A stretch of DNA of 64,000 bases from Acidobacteriota bacterium (GCA_965217775.1 CBDCJH010000002.1:1312001-1376000), one strand, 5' to 3'. Counted from the stretch's first letter, positions 48,483 through 59,355 are shown. Numbers and translations: made by a program. Notes: generated by a model from the sequence alone, not told the origin.

Positions 48483-50570
48483 TCAGACCCCATCCGGAAC
48501 GATCTGGAAGTCCTCAGCCAGACGGTGCCGCTGGGATGCGGCGAAGCGCACCTCCACCACAATTCGATATTTGCCGTGGCCGAGTTGTTGCAGCGGGAGC
48601 CGTGCATTGACGCTGGACGCACTTTCCAATCCCCCAGGAAGGGCCTTCCAAACTCCTTCGTATATCTTCCCCCCCGCGGCGTTCAGAATCAAGATCCTGT
48701 ATTCCCCGTCACCGTCATCGGCGGTTTCCACCTGACCGTGCAGGTAGAGGGTTTCGTGCCGGTGAAAGCGAGCCCCGACCCGGGGAATGAGAACCCGGGC
48801 TCCGATTTCGAGGGGATTGGCGATCTCCGTCACCTGCTTGCCCGTCTTGATCCGGTAGCGGGATTGAGACGCCGATTCCTCCAGCTTTCCGGCCAACACC
48901 AGGGAGCTGGACTGAATTCTCCCGCGCGTCGGAAGGTCCAATCGATGGTCCATTTGGGACAACAGTCCCGACCGGTTGTCCCGGAGCAGCACCCGAAGCA
49001 CGTATCGACCAGGTTCCAGGACCAGAAGGTTCTGGTAGACGAAACGGGTGTCCTTCTCCCCCTCCTGGCGCCGGCGGATCTCCACCCGGTCCCGGAGCCC
49101 GGCCCGAGCCACGTCCTGCAGGTCGCGCGCCAGGATGATCACCTCCAGGTTGAGCCGTCCTGACTCGTCGAAGGACGGGAATTCGGCTCGATCGAATGCC
49201 GCCAGGACGGGAACCCGGTACCGCCCCTCGAAATCGGGGAAGTACTCCGCCGAGATCTCCACCGGGAATTCGATCTTGGGGGCACCCTCCAGGACGGTCT
49301 GGAGCAGCTTGAATTCCTTTTCGGGAGTGCTCAGGGCGGCGTAGGACTTGTCCGCATAGTAACCCTGGCGGTAGGCCAGACGGATCCTGGGGCGGCTGAC
49401 GGTTACCTCGACCTTTCGGAACCGTCCGTCGCTGGGAGGAGTGGGAGCGTAGTAGCCGAGCAGGTAGTAGTGGCTCGAGTCCTCCTGGGCTCTGCGGAAG
49501 ATCTTTCCCAGGTCGTTGTCGTCCAGGAGCACCGCACCGCCGGTTTCGGCGGCCAGGGTGATCAGCCCCTCCCGCGACTGACTGAGCCGGACCAGTTGGT
49601 TGAGGTCCGCTCGGCCCGTGAAGATGCCTTGTCCTCCTCCCGAGCGGTGGGCACCGCCCCCGGGGGCAAGGGCCACCAGTCCCCGGGCGTCGACGGAATA
49701 GATGCTGATATTGGCCCGATTGCAGAGATCGGCGGTCCAGCGGAGCTGGTCGTCGTTCTCGATGCCCCGGCTGGTGAGTCCGGCAGAGAAGTACACCAGG
49801 GCCTTCCGTCCGGGAACGTCGCGGAAGGCATCGGCGATGGCCTGAATGGCGCTGAGCTGATGGTTGCTCTCGAACAGAGCGAATTCGGTCTCGTCGGCCA
49901 GAAACTCCCCGTCGGCGGCCGCATCCGAATCTTCATCCGGCAGCGAGACGTCGGTTTCCCGATCCTGTTGGGAGAGGCGTCCCAGAGCCTGGGACAATTC
50001 CCTGGAATCGGACGTGAAATCCACCAGAAGCTCGAGTCCCTGGTCGTATGCCAGGACGGCAACGGCGTCTTGCGGCGTCATTTCCCGGTCCAGGAATCGG
50101 AGAGCCGACTCGCGCATCATCCGCGAGTCCTGGATGTTGGCGTTGGAGAAGTTGAAGAGGAGGATCAGGTATCGCTTCTCCGGCGTGGCCGGAAAGTCCG
50201 ACTCCGGTTCGGAAGTAACTGTCGTCGGAGGAGGCTCGGGCAGGCCCCGGCGGACGGTGACGCGCTCGCTGGTGAGCGGCAGGAAGACTTCTTGGAAGTA
50301 CCCGATCTTCTGGGAGATTCCCTCCTCAAGAAGGGTAAAATCCTCCGATTTCAGATCCCGGACGGGCCGGCCCTCGGAATCCCGGACCTGGACGTCCACC
50401 AGAATCAGGTTGGTCCTCACGCGGAAGCGGACGGGGGAGTCCTGGCTCCACAGGCAGTGCCAAGCCAAAACGCAGACCATGGCGGAAGAAACCATCCGGG
50501 CCGGGTGCCGGGCTTTGGGCGCGGGCCGTCTCGGAAGATCCCTGTTTCCAGTTCTGGCAAGTAGCTTCAT
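48483..50570 (-). CDS. Acidobacteria-type VWA domain protein
   Basis: LILVDVQVRD..GRPVRDLKSEDFTLLEEG, GRKALVYFSAG, IYSVDARGL, LAAETGG, YYLLGY, DGRFRKVEV. Confidence 0.85.
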   Translation of the reverse strand: MKLLARTGNRDLPRRPAPKARHPARMVSSAMVCVLAWHCLWSQDSPVRFRVRTNLILVDVQVRDSEGRPVRDLKSEDFTLLEEGISQKIGYFQEVFLPLTSERVTVRRGLPEPPPTTVTSEPESDFPATPEKRYLILLFNFSNANIQDSRMMRESALRFLDREMTPQDAVAVLAYDQGLELLVDFTSDSRELSQALGRLSQQDRETDVSLPDEDSDAAADGEFLADETEFALFESNHQLSAIQAIADAFRDVPGRKALVYFSAGLTSRGIENDDQLRWTADLCNRANISIYSVDARGLVALAPGGGAHRSGGGQGIFTGRADLNQLVRLSQSREGLITLAAETGGAVLLDDNDLGKIFRRAQEDSSHYYLLGYYAPTPPSDGRFRKVEVTVSRPRIRLAYRQGYYADKSYAALSTPEKEFKLLQTVLEGAPKIEFPVEISAEYFPDFEGRYRVPVLAAFDRAEFPSFDESGRLNLEVIILARDLQDVARAGLRDRVEIRRRQEGEKDTRFVYQNLLVLEPGRYVLRVLLRDNRSGLLSQMDHRLDLPTRGRIQSSSLVLAGKLEESASQSRYRIKTGKQVTEIANPLEIGARVLIPRVGARFHRHETLYLHGQVETADDGDGEYRILILNAAGGKIYEGVWKALPGGLESASSVNARLPLQQLGHGKYRIVVEVRFAASQRHRLAEDFQIVPDGV

Positions 50571-50591
50571 GGACACTCGGGGACCTCGGCG

Positions 50592-53500
50592 TCAGAACAT
50601 GAATCTCAGGCGCAACTGGATCCGCCGCATCTCGGAGACCGATGTGATCTGTCCGAACCCGCGGGAGTTCACGATGGTGTTCAATCCAGTGTAGTTGACA
50701 TGATTCAAGAGGTTGGTGGCCTCGGCCTGCAGGATCAGCCGCATTCCTTCGCCTCCCAGCGGGATGGACCGCGCCAGGTTCAAGTCGATGGTCCAGGATC
50801 CCGGACCCTGGATGGTGTTGCGGCCCGCGTCCCCAAAACTCCCCGGATCGGGGAGACGGAATGCCGCGGTATTGAACCAGGCTCCGGTGGAGCGTTGGGA
50901 AGCGGGCAGCATGACGGAAAGTCCGGTCACGCTGGCCCGCTCACTGGCCTGGGAGGCGCTGCCGCTGTTGTTGATCTGATTGCCCAGCACACGGGCTGTC
51001 AGGAAGCGGCCGCTGTTGACCGTGAGACTCGTGTTCAGAAACCAGTTGCTGAAGATGGAACTGAGGATTCCCCGGTCCCGGAGCCAACGGTGGCGGTCTC
51101 CGAAGGGGAGCTCATAGAAACCGCCCAGCCGCAGGCTGTGGCGCCGGTCCAAGTTGGAGGGTCCCCACTCCGATCGCAAATCGTCGTCGTTCTGGGCCAC
51201 CACCCGTCCTCCCCCTGAGAGCGTGGCCGCGTTGTCCAGCGACTTGCCGTACTCGTAGCGGAGGTTCAGCCTGAAGCCGGATCGGACCCGTCTCACCGCC
51301 AACACCTGGAGGCCGTGGAAATAGGAGGAGGCCCCCGGAGTCAGGAACAGGAACTGGGCCGTGTCGCTGATCCGCAGGATTCCTTCCCGGAGCCGGTTGG
51401 GGGCTCGCAGCAGTTCCAGACCCGTCCCCCGGGAGCCGGCATATCCCAGGCTGAGGAAGAAGTTGCGGGGGAGCGACTGCTGCAAAGACAGGTTCCAGGT
51501 TTGCACCGTGGCCAACCGGAAGTGGGGGTCCACAGCGTAGGTGTTGGGGACTTCCTCCTCGAGATTTTCGGAAAACGCCGATTCGATGGGGAGAAAATCT
51601 TGTCCGGCCACCGTTTCTTGAATCGCGAATCCGAAGGGGGGCTGCGAGATCAGCTCTCCGGCCAGGGCGGTGTAGGACTCCTGGGGATGGAAGACTCCGT
51701 AATTGGCCCGGAGAACAGACGCCGTTCGGCCGGATCTGAGGCGGAGGGCCAGCGCGACTCGCGGGGCCAGGTTGTTGCGGTCGTCCCGGATCAGCGCTCG
51801 CGGAACGATTCCCGAATAGGGTCCCTGGCTTCCTGGAAATACGGTCGCCGCCGCCTGGAACCCGGGGGCCACGTCCAGATTGGCCATCCGGTCGTACAAT
51901 TCTTCCCAGGGCGCCACGTATTCGTAGCGGAGACCCCACTGGAGGGTGAGCCTGGAGTGAATCCTCCAGTTGTCGTTGATGAAGAGGGAGTATTCCGGCG
52001 CCCTCAGGTAGTGGTCGCTGTTGCCATATTGAATCCGGCTGCTCTGGGCCCGGCCGAGCAGGAAGTCGGCAAAGTCGTATCCGGTCCCCGCCACGGGCCG
52101 GCCCGAACCATAGGCGCTGGTGGCAACTCCGGCGAAGACCTGGACCCCCGCGCCTTCCGGGTTGCCCAACTGATTCCGCCGGTTCCAGGCCATCTCCCCG
52201 CCGATACGGAAATGGTGTCCCGCAAAGGTCAACTGGAGAGAGTCGCTCACCGAATGGGTCTCCCGGACGTTCACGAAGGAGCTGCCGTCGGAAAGGGACG
52301 TGTAATTCGTGAATTGAATCTGGGGGAGCCCGAAGTCGATGGGAGCCGTCGACGTGTTCCGGATGCCCAGATCGGAGCTCACGTTGGTTTGAAAGGCGAA
52401 GGGGTTGAGCCGTCGGCTCCGGTTCCGGTTCCAGCGGACGCGCACATTGTGCAGAAGCCCTCCGGCGGTGGTCTGGACCAGGTTCAGGGACAGGTTCTGC
52501 CCCCGTTCGCTGCGTTGTCCGTAAAGCGCCGGAAAGGTGTTGAATTCATCGCGATCGTTGCGGTTGAAGCTGTAGCCTCCCAGCAGTCGCAGGGAGTCGG
52601 AAAGGGAGTGGAAGATCCGGGAATTCAGCCGGTTTCCGGCAATGCCCAAGGGTTCCAGGTTCAAGTAGTTGAGGTAGGGATCGGAACGGTTGGGGAGGGG
52701 AAAGAAGGCGAGCAGGGATTGGGAAACGGGATTGAGCCGGCCGCTGGGAAGCGATGCCCCCCCGTAGGCTTGACCGCTGGAGGGATCGAATATTCGGACC
52801 GGTTCGCCGGCCAGAGGGCCGGATCGATAGGTGGTTTGGGAGAAGTCGCCTTGCCGTTCCGCGGCTGTGGGAACCGATGCGTATTGGGTTCGCAGTTCAT
52901 CTCCCCAGTTGGTGTTGAAGTCGACGAAAAAAAAGGAACGGCGGCGGCCGAAGAAGGATCCCCTCGACGAGTTGTCCTGCCGGGTCAGTGGGCCGCCTGC
53001 GGACACACCCGTGTTCCACGAAATATAGTCCGGATCCGGCGTTTCTCCCCCGTCCAGCGAATAGGGTTTCGCATCCAGCGCCGAGCCGGAGAATCCCATG
53101 GTAACGGCGCCCTGAACCCGATTCACTCGGCCACCGGCGATCCGGGCTCCCCGGAACCCGCCTCGTCCACCGCGCCCCCCGCGGCCCATGACGGCGCCCA
53201 TGATCTGACTCTCGCTGGCGCCGAATCCGCCTCCCTGGCGGAGTGACGCGCCTTGGATCAGCACCTCTTCCCTGGTCTCCTCCAGAGTCCTCTCCTGGGC
53301 CCCGACGCCCTGTTGAGCACCGATACGGATTTCTTCGAAGGGATCGTCGTCGAAGGAATTCTGGCGTCGCTGGCCGCGTTGTCTGGTCGGGGCAGGTCTG
53401 GCCTCGCCCTGGAAGAAGTCCTTCTCGAACTCCAGGCCCCATTGGTACCCCTTCCACGACTGGGAAGTTTCGAGCTCGATTCCTCCTCCGAAACCCATTC

Positions 53501-54218
53501 TGGCGCCGCCGCCTCGACCTCCGGGGCGATCCCCTCTACCAAAACCACCCCCGCGACCGAACCCGCCCATGGTGACTGTGGCTGTCTGAGATCGGGGCAC
53601 GGTGATCCCCTGGTTGGGGTCAGGAGCCAGATCCAGAGTCAGGCGGGCGTCGCTGATGAAGACGCCGGCCGAGAAACGCATCCGGACCCGTAACGGCATG
53701 GAAGTCTCCGGGTCGATCCAGATGCGGGCCTCCCGAACCTTCAACCCACGGATCTTTGGCTCCGTTTTCACCTCCACGGCCCGCCGCTCGTCGATCTGCG
53801 CCGGACCGATGACCTTCGCCTTCCTGAGGAAGTCCCGAGAGGTCAGAATGTCGAGCCCCTCCAGCGGACCGAGCGCATTCATGAAACGTCTGCCCCGGCC
53901 GCGGCGCGACGAGGGGTCCATGGGTCGACCATTGCGGCTCAGGCTCAAGATCTCTTTCTTGAACTCCTCCGTGCCGCCCAGGTAGTGGCGTTCCCGGGAA
54001 TCGAACCGCTGGTTTCCGAAGGGCGTGTTGGCTACGGTCCGGTTTTCAACCTCCACCGAATAACCCGATAGCAGCTCCTTTCTGAGCTCAAGCACACGAG
54101 CGAGGCGCTGCAGGAGGTCCGGGTCGGGAGCTCCGGAGCAGGGAATCAGGCAGAGCAGCGACGCCACCGCCGGAATGATCCAACGGTGGCGCCGCTTCCG
54201 GGGGGAAAGGTGTCGCAT
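50592..54218 (-). CDS. Oar-like TonB-dependent receptor-type barrel with an atypical N-terminal domain
   Basis: SALDAKPY, VPTAAERQGDFS, ADFLLG, NDNWRI, GLRYEY, DRNNLAPR, FGDAGRNTI.GPG; ends QLRLRFMF. Confidence 0.8.
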   Translation of the reverse strand: MRHLSPRKRRHRWIIPAVASLLCLIPCSGAPDPDLLQRLARVLELRKELLSGYSVEVENRTVANTPFGNQRFDSRERHYLGGTEEFKKEILSLSRNGRPMDPSSRRGRGRRFMNALGPLEGLDILTSRDFLRKAKVIGPAQIDERRAVEVKTEPKIRGLKVREARIWIDPETSMPLRVRMRFSAGVFISDARLTLDLAPDPNQGITVPRSQTATVTMGGFGRGGGFGRGDRPGGRGGGARMGFGGGIELETSQSWKGYQWGLEFEKDFFQGEARPAPTRQRGQRRQNSFDDDPFEEIRIGAQQGVGAQERTLEETREEVLIQGASLRQGGGFGASESQIMGAVMGRGGRGGRGGFRGARIAGGRVNRVQGAVTMGFSGSALDAKPYSLDGGETPDPDYISWNTGVSAGGPLTRQDNSSRGSFFGRRRSFFFVDFNTNWGDELRTQYASVPTAAERQGDFSQTTYRSGPLAGEPVRIFDPSSGQAYGGASLPSGRLNPVSQSLLAFFPLPNRSDPYLNYLNLEPLGIAGNRLNSRIFHSLSDSLRLLGGYSFNRNDRDEFNTFPALYGQRSERGQNLSLNLVQTTAGGLLHNVRVRWNRNRSRRLNPFAFQTNVSSDLGIRNTSTAPIDFGLPQIQFTNYTSLSDGSSFVNVRETHSVSDSLQLTFAGHHFRIGGEMAWNRRNQLGNPEGAGVQVFAGVATSAYGSGRPVAGTGYDFADFLLGRAQSSRIQYGNSDHYLRAPEYSLFINDNWRIHSRLTLQWGLRYEYVAPWEELYDRMANLDVAPGFQAAATVFPGSQGPYSGIVPRALIRDDRNNLAPRVALALRLRSGRTASVLRANYGVFHPQESYTALAGELISQPPFGFAIQETVAGQDFLPIESAFSENLEEEVPNTYAVDPHFRLATVQTWNLSLQQSLPRNFFLSLGYAGSRGTGLELLRAPNRLREGILRISDTAQFLFLTPGASSYFHGLQVLAVRRVRSGFRLNLRYEYGKSLDNAATLSGGGRVVAQNDDDLRSEWGPSNLDRRHSLRLGGFYELPFGDRHRWLRDRGILSSIFSNWFLNTSLTVNSGRFLTARVLGNQINNSGSASQASERASVTGLSVMLPASQRSTGAWFNTAAFRLPDPGSFGDAGRNTIQGPGSWTIDLNLARSIPLGGEGMRLILQAEATNLLNHVNYTGLNTIVNSRGFGQITSVSEMRRIQLRLRFMF

Positions 54219-54841
54219 CAATCCTTCTCGTAGACCAGTGTATGGTCCATGTCACCTCGGGGCGTCCTCAGCGTCACCGACGCGGTCAGGGTCTTGCCGT
54301 CATCCGCAAGGGTCCACCGGGTCTTCTGCTCGATCCTGAAGCTGCCCCGGGGAGTCTCCCGCTCCTGAATCTGTTTGACTTCCAGTTTGGAGCCCTTCCA
54401 TTTGGCCTCTATGGTTCCGGTGCCCCAGGGGGAGGAGACTTCCTGCGCTCCGGCGCCGGGCTTGAGGGTGATTTCCCTGGAGCCGCCTCGTCCTCCCTCC
54501 TGGACGACGATCAGAGTATCGCCATCCTGGCGCACCGAGATCCGAGAAGGCATCATTCCGCCGCCCCGACCGCCGCCGCGCCGGCCACCCCGAAAACCAC
54601 GATCTCGATCACCGTCGCGCCGACCGCCCCCGCCGCGGCCACCGCCACGAAATCCGCCGTCTCGCCCGCCGCCGCGGCCTCCCCCTCCGCCGCGGCCGAA
54701 ACGGGGCATCTCACTCTTGTCCTCGTTCAGGGTCCAGTCGCCCGAGAGGTTCGGGGTCTCCTCGGCGCGGGAATAAGTCCCCGCCCAGATCAGTACCAGA
54801 ACCGCAGCGAACAATGGAATAATCTGTCCCTGTCGTGACAT
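54218..54841 (-). CDS. Secreted Gly/Arg-rich lipocalin-like hypothetical protein
   Basis: Signal peptide, PNLSGDWTLNEDKS, long GGRGG tract, AKWKG, WTLADDGKTL, LVYEK. Confidence 0.7.
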   Translation of the reverse strand: MSRQGQIIPLFAAVLVLIWAGTYSRAEETPNLSGDWTLNEDKSEMPRFGRGGGGGRGGGRDGGFRGGGRGGGGRRDGDRDRGFRGGRRGGGRGGGMMPSRISVRQDGDTLIVVQEGGRGGSREITLKPGAGAQEVSSPWGTGTIEAKWKGSKLEVKQIQERETPRGSFRIEQKTRWTLADDGKTLTASVTLRTPRGDMDHTLVYEKD

Positions 54842-54993
54842 ATCGTATTTACCTCCGGTTGCCGTCTGTTCCCGTGGTTGTCTCAGTCGCTGTCACCGAT
54901 TCATTACGGGAGCGGGTCCCCTTTGTTTCGTTCCGAGGCGTCTCCACCGGTTTGACCGGTTCCGGGGGCCGGTGTTATTAGAGAGCCGCGCTC

Positions 54994-57330
54994 ATGACCC
55001 CGGAAATCGGTTTTCTCTTTGTGCTTCTGGCGGTCATGGCCTACCTGTTCCTGACCGAAAAGCTTCCTGTCGATCTGACGGCCTTCCTGGGCCTCGTGGT
55101 CCTCACGTTGGTGGGATACGTGACGCCGGCAGACGCTTTCACCGGATTCTCGTCTCCGGCGGTGATTACCATGATGTCGGTCTTCATCGTCAGTGCTGCG
55201 CTCTTGCACACCGGCGTGGCCGATCGTGCCGGGGGGTTCATCTATACGCTCGTTGGGAGCCGGGAGATTCCCCTTACCGTGATCCTGATGGCGATTGCGG
55301 GATTGCTTTCCGCGTTCATGAACAACATAGCGGCGACGGCGGTTCTCATGCCGGCCGTCGGCAGCATCGCCTACCGGAGCGGGATTCCTCCTTCCAGACT
55401 CTTCATGCCTCTCGCCTTCGGGGCCATATTGGGAGGAACCACGACCTTGGTCGGTACGCCTCCCAATATCCTTGCCGGGACCATAATGCGGGAACGGGGC
55501 CTGGAGCCCTTCGGGCTGTTCGACTTCACTCCCGTCGGCTTGGCTCTTCTGGCGGCCGGCATCCTGTTCATGGTGACCCTGGGCCGAAAGTTGCTGCCCC
55601 GGCGCGAAATGGGACCCGTCACCAGCGAGTCGTCTCATCTGTCCCAGGTCTATCAATTGCACGAACGGTTGTTCTCAGTCCGGATTCCTCCCCAATCCCG
55701 GCTGGATGGAATCTCTCTGGGAGAGTCACGACTGGGGACCGCCCTGGGGATCCAGGTCGTCGCCATATTGCGGGGCGGCAGGAAACGGCTGGCCCCGGAA
55801 CCGGCCACGTTCCTAAGGGGTGGGGACATGCTGCTGGTGGAGGGAAACCGGTCGGATCTGCAAGATCTGATGAAAGTCCGGGACTTGAAAATTCAGCAGA
55901 CCACGGCAGGCCAGTTGCCGCGGCCGGTCAAGGGGGTGACGGGGGTTCGGCTCCGTTTGTCGGACGATTCTGACCTGCTGGGACGGAATCTGCGGGATGT
56001 ACGTTTCCGGAAACGCTTCGATGCCGTCGTGGTGGCCATCCATCGGGGTGACGAATATCTGAAGGATGACCTGGCGAGAAGGACGCTGCGGAAAGACGAC
56101 GAGTTGTTGGCGCTGGGGGCTCGTGCCCGGCTGGAGAGACTGCGGTCCCGGAATGCCCTGCGGGTGAAGGAAGTGGGATTGTCCGTGCTGAGGAACGTAT
56201 GGGATCACCTCTCTGTGATCCGGGTTTCCAAGGGATCCGCCTTGGTAGGCTCAACGGTCGGCAATAGCCGGATCGGCGAGTTGGCGGGTGTCACCGTGGG
56301 CGCCATCATCCGTGGAGGCATGACCCATTTGGGGGTGTTCGCAGATGCTGAGATCCGGGAAGGCGACGGGTTGTTGGTTTCGGGGAATGCGGAGGAGATC
56401 GTGCGCCGTCTCGGGACGGGAGATGTGGAACTCAATCCGGGTGTCGGAGGAATCTCCCTTGAAACGGACGACGTGGGTCTCGCCGAAGCCGCACTCGCGC
56501 CGCGCTCGTCTCTGGTGGGCCGCACCCTCAAGGAAGTGAAGTTCCGGGATCGATTCGGCCTTCAGATCCTGGCCGTCTGGCGAGAAGGCCGGCCCATCCA
56601 TTCGGGATTGGCGGATCTTGCCTTCCGTTTCGGAGATGCGGTGCTGCTGCAAGGACCCTGGGACCGGATTCGAAATCTTGGGCTGGACCCCGACCTGGTC
56701 CTCTTCTCGAGAATAGAACGCCGTCCTCGGCGAACTCACAAGGCGCCGTACGCCTTGGCGGGGTTGTTGGTGATGGTGGCCATGGTGGTCAGCGGCTTCC
56801 AGCCCATCCACGTCGCGGCGTTTACGGCGGCGAGCCTGGTTCTTCTGTTCGGAACCCTGACCATGGAGGAGGCCTACCGCGCCATCGAGTGGAGAGCGAT
56901 CTTTCTGGTGGCGGCGGTATTGGCGTTCGGATCCGCTATGGAGCACACGGGGGCAGCGTTATTGCTGGCCAATACCGTAACCGGATTGGCGGGTCCCTGG
57001 GGTGAATATGGGGTCCTGGCCACGTTGGTGTTGCTGACGAGCCTGATGAGCCAGGGCCTCGACGGCGCTCCCGCGGTGGTGCTGCTGGCGCCGGTCGCTT
57101 TGAATGCGGGCGCCCAACTGGGGCTTGACCCGCATACGGTCATGATGAGCGTCAGTCTGGCCGCATCGGCTGCTTTCATGACGCCGTTCAGCCACAAGGC
57201 AAACCTCCTGGTGATGGGAGCAGGCGGCTATCGAACCATCGACTACATCCGGGTCGGTACGCCACTGACCGTGGTGATTCTGATTCTTTTGGTTCTCCTG
57301 GTACCGATCTTCTCTCCCCAGGGGTTGTAA
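54994..57330 (+). CDS. SLC13/CitMHS-type permease with TrkA-C domains
   Basis: SAFMNNI, GGTTTLVGTPPNIL, four RCK_C repeats, AFMTPFSHKANLLVMGAGGY. Confidence 0.9.
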   Translation: MTPEIGFLFVLLAVMAYLFLTEKLPVDLTAFLGLVVLTLVGYVTPADAFTGFSSPAVITMMSVFIVSAALLHTGVADRAGGFIYTLVGSREIPLTVILMAIAGLLSAFMNNIAATAVLMPAVGSIAYRSGIPPSRLFMPLAFGAILGGTTTLVGTPPNILAGTIMRERGLEPFGLFDFTPVGLALLAAGILFMVTLGRKLLPRREMGPVTSESSHLSQVYQLHERLFSVRIPPQSRLDGISLGESRLGTALGIQVVAILRGGRKRLAPEPATFLRGGDMLLVEGNRSDLQDLMKVRDLKIQQTTAGQLPRPVKGVTGVRLRLSDDSDLLGRNLRDVRFRKRFDAVVVAIHRGDEYLKDDLARRTLRKDDELLALGARARLERLRSRNALRVKEVGLSVLRNVWDHLSVIRVSKGSALVGSTVGNSRIGELAGVTVGAIIRGGMTHLGVFADAEIREGDGLLVSGNAEEIVRRLGTGDVELNPGVGGISLETDDVGLAEAALAPRSSLVGRTLKEVKFRDRFGLQILAVWREGRPIHSGLADLAFRFGDAVLLQGPWDRIRNLGLDPDLVLFSRIERRPRRTHKAPYALAGLLVMVAMVVSGFQPIHVAAFTAASLVLLFGTLTMEEAYRAIEWRAIFLVAAVLAFGSAMEHTGAALLLANTVTGLAGPWGEYGVLATLVLLTSLMSQGLDGAPAVVLLAPVALNAGAQLGLDPHTVMMSVSLAASAAFMTPFSHKANLLVMGAGGYRTIDYIRVGTPLTVVILILLVLLVPIFSPQGL

Positions 57331-57334
57331 AAGG

Positions 57335-57874
57335 ATGTCCGATAGAGATTCGCGAACTCGATTGACGTGGCTGCTCCTGGCTCTGCTCACCACGCTGAGC
57401 CTGGTCCTGGGAACTCTCATTCTGAACGGCGCCAGGAGCCATTGGGGACCCATTGATCATCCTCAGTTCCCGACCATGCAACGCAGCGGCTGGAGTTGGG
57501 AGAACGATGATCCTCTCTTGGCCGGTGTCTGGCTGGCCGGGACGCTGCAGATCGCCGTGTATCTCTGCCTCCTGGGTCTGGGTCTGGCGGGACGAAAGGG
57601 ATTGGGCCCGCTACGGGTTCCCCTGTTGCTGGGAGGCCTCCTTCACGCCGGAATCTTTTCCTGGATGATTCTGGCCCACCTCTTTCCGATCGCCCCTTCT
57701 CTCTGGTCCTTCCCGCCGCCCACGGTGGTGATGGTGTTCTTCCTCTGGATTCTGCCCCCCTTCTATTTCGTGATCCTGTACGTCGTGGCCTTCGACCGGT
57801 GGATCCTGAACCATGAGAGTCGCCGGCGCTTTCGGGAACTCCTCCATTCCCGGAGAGGGAAGGGATCGGAGTGA
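57335..57874 (+). CDS. Hypothetical membrane protein (possible symporter accessory)
   Basis: 4 hydrophobic segments; translationally coupled to the next gene. Confidence 0.6.
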   Translation: MSDRDSRTRLTWLLLALLTTLSLVLGTLILNGARSHWGPIDHPQFPTMQRSGWSWENDDPLLAGVWLAGTLQIAVYLCLLGLGLAGRKGLGPLRVPLLLGGLLHAGIFSWMILAHLFPIAPSLWSFPPPTVVMVFFLWILPPFYFVILYVVAFDRWILNHESRRRFRELLHSRRGKGSE

Positions 57875-59355
57875 TGGACCCCTCCCGAAGCTCGGTGATC
57901 CTGGTCTTCGTGGGCCTGTACATGGGAATGTGCGTCGCAGTCGGCCTGTGGGCCCTGAGCCGGACGCGCTCCACTCGGGATTTCTTCATGGCGGGGCGCG
58001 ACCTGGGCATCTGGGTCACCGGCCTGGCCGTCTTCTCCAGCACCATGAGCGGATTCGGGTTCGTGGGGGGACCCGGTCTGGTCTATCGGATGGGAATGAC
58101 GTCGGTCTGGATGGTGATGAGCATCCCCCTCGGATACGTTCTCTGTTTCGCCCTGCTGGCCAAACGGATTCGGCTGCTTGCGGAACTCAGGGAACCAGTC
58201 TCGCTGCCCGATGCGGTGGCGGCCCGGTACGGCAGCGAGGGATGCCGTTTCCTCGCCGCTCTCGCCATTCTCCTCGGTGTGATGGGGTATCTCGCAACCC
58301 AGATCCTGGCAATGGCGACGGTGCTCAGGGACCTGGTGGCGGGCGCCGGCTTGGGCGATTTCAGCATGGAGGCGTGCGTCGCCTTCTCCTGTGCGGTCCT
58401 GGTCTTCTATTGCGTGACGGGCGGCATCATCGCTTCGGTCTATACGGACCTGGTACAGGGCCTGGTCATGGTGGCCGCCGCCGTCCTCGTCTTCCTGGCC
58501 ACCGCCAACGTGGCTCCTGGAGGCTGGAGCGGGATCGTCTCGTCCATAGCGTCCGACGACGCCGGTTCCATGAGCCCGTGGGGCACAATGGGGGCGTTCC
58601 AGGGACTCTCCTGGTACCTGCTCTTCATTCTGGGGGTCTCCGGTCAACCCCACGTGGTGACCAAGATGATGATGAACCGGCGGATCGAGGACGCCAAATA
58701 CATCCTGCCCGTCTCCGCACTCGGGTACGCCGTCTCCGCGCTGCTCTGGATCAGCATCGGACTGGCCATGCGTGCTCTGGTGATCCAAGGCATTCATCCG
58801 GAACTTCCGGGAGCCGATTCCGCCGCTCCCCAATTCCTGGCTCACTACGTGCCCCCGGTTCTGGCCGGCATCGTTTTCGCGGCCCTCTTCGCGGCCATCA
58901 TGTCGACGGCGGACGGCTTCCTCAACATCGGCGCCGCAGCCGTGGTCCACGATATTCCGCGGGCGCTCCGGGGATATTCGCTGGAAAACGAGCTCTTCTG
59001 GGCCCGGACAGCCACCGTGATCATCGCCGCCGTGGCTTCTGTTTTCGCCCTCTACAGCGGCGATCTCGTGGCCATTCTCGGAGCTTTCGGCTGGGGGACC
59101 TTCGCGGCGGCGCTGGTTCCGGTTGTGGCCCTGGGATTGAACTGGAAGCGGGCGACGGCCCTGGCGGCCAAGATGGCGATTCTGGTCAGCCTGATCATCA
59201 ATTTCGCGTTTCGACTGCTCGACGTCCAAATCCCGTGGGGCATCGATCCCGGCGCGATTTCGCTGTTGGTTTCGCTCACCCTGTTCGTCGGTATTTCACT
59301 GGCTTCCCCACCGCCGGTGCTGGATCCGGACATCGAACGGTTGCTGGACACGTAG
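57874..59355 (+). CDS. Sodium:solute symporter (proline/pantothenate-like)
   Basis: DFFMAGR, MSGFGFVGGPG, GGIIASVYTDLVQG, GQPH, AAIMSTADG. Confidence 0.9.
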   Translation: MDPSRSSVILVFVGLYMGMCVAVGLWALSRTRSTRDFFMAGRDLGIWVTGLAVFSSTMSGFGFVGGPGLVYRMGMTSVWMVMSIPLGYVLCFALLAKRIRLLAELREPVSLPDAVAARYGSEGCRFLAALAILLGVMGYLATQILAMATVLRDLVAGAGLGDFSMEACVAFSCAVLVFYCVTGGIIASVYTDLVQGLVMVAAAVLVFLATANVAPGGWSGIVSSIASDDAGSMSPWGTMGAFQGLSWYLLFILGVSGQPHVVTKMMMNRRIEDAKYILPVSALGYAVSALLWISIGLAMRALVIQGIHPELPGADSAAPQFLAHYVPPVLAGIVFAALFAAIMSTADGFLNIGAAAVVHDIPRALRGYSLENELFWARTATVIIAAVASVFALYSGDLVAILGAFGWGTFAAALVPVVALGLNWKRATALAAKMAILVSLIINFAFRLLDVQIPWGIDPGAISLLVSLTLFVGISLASPPPVLDPDIERLLDT

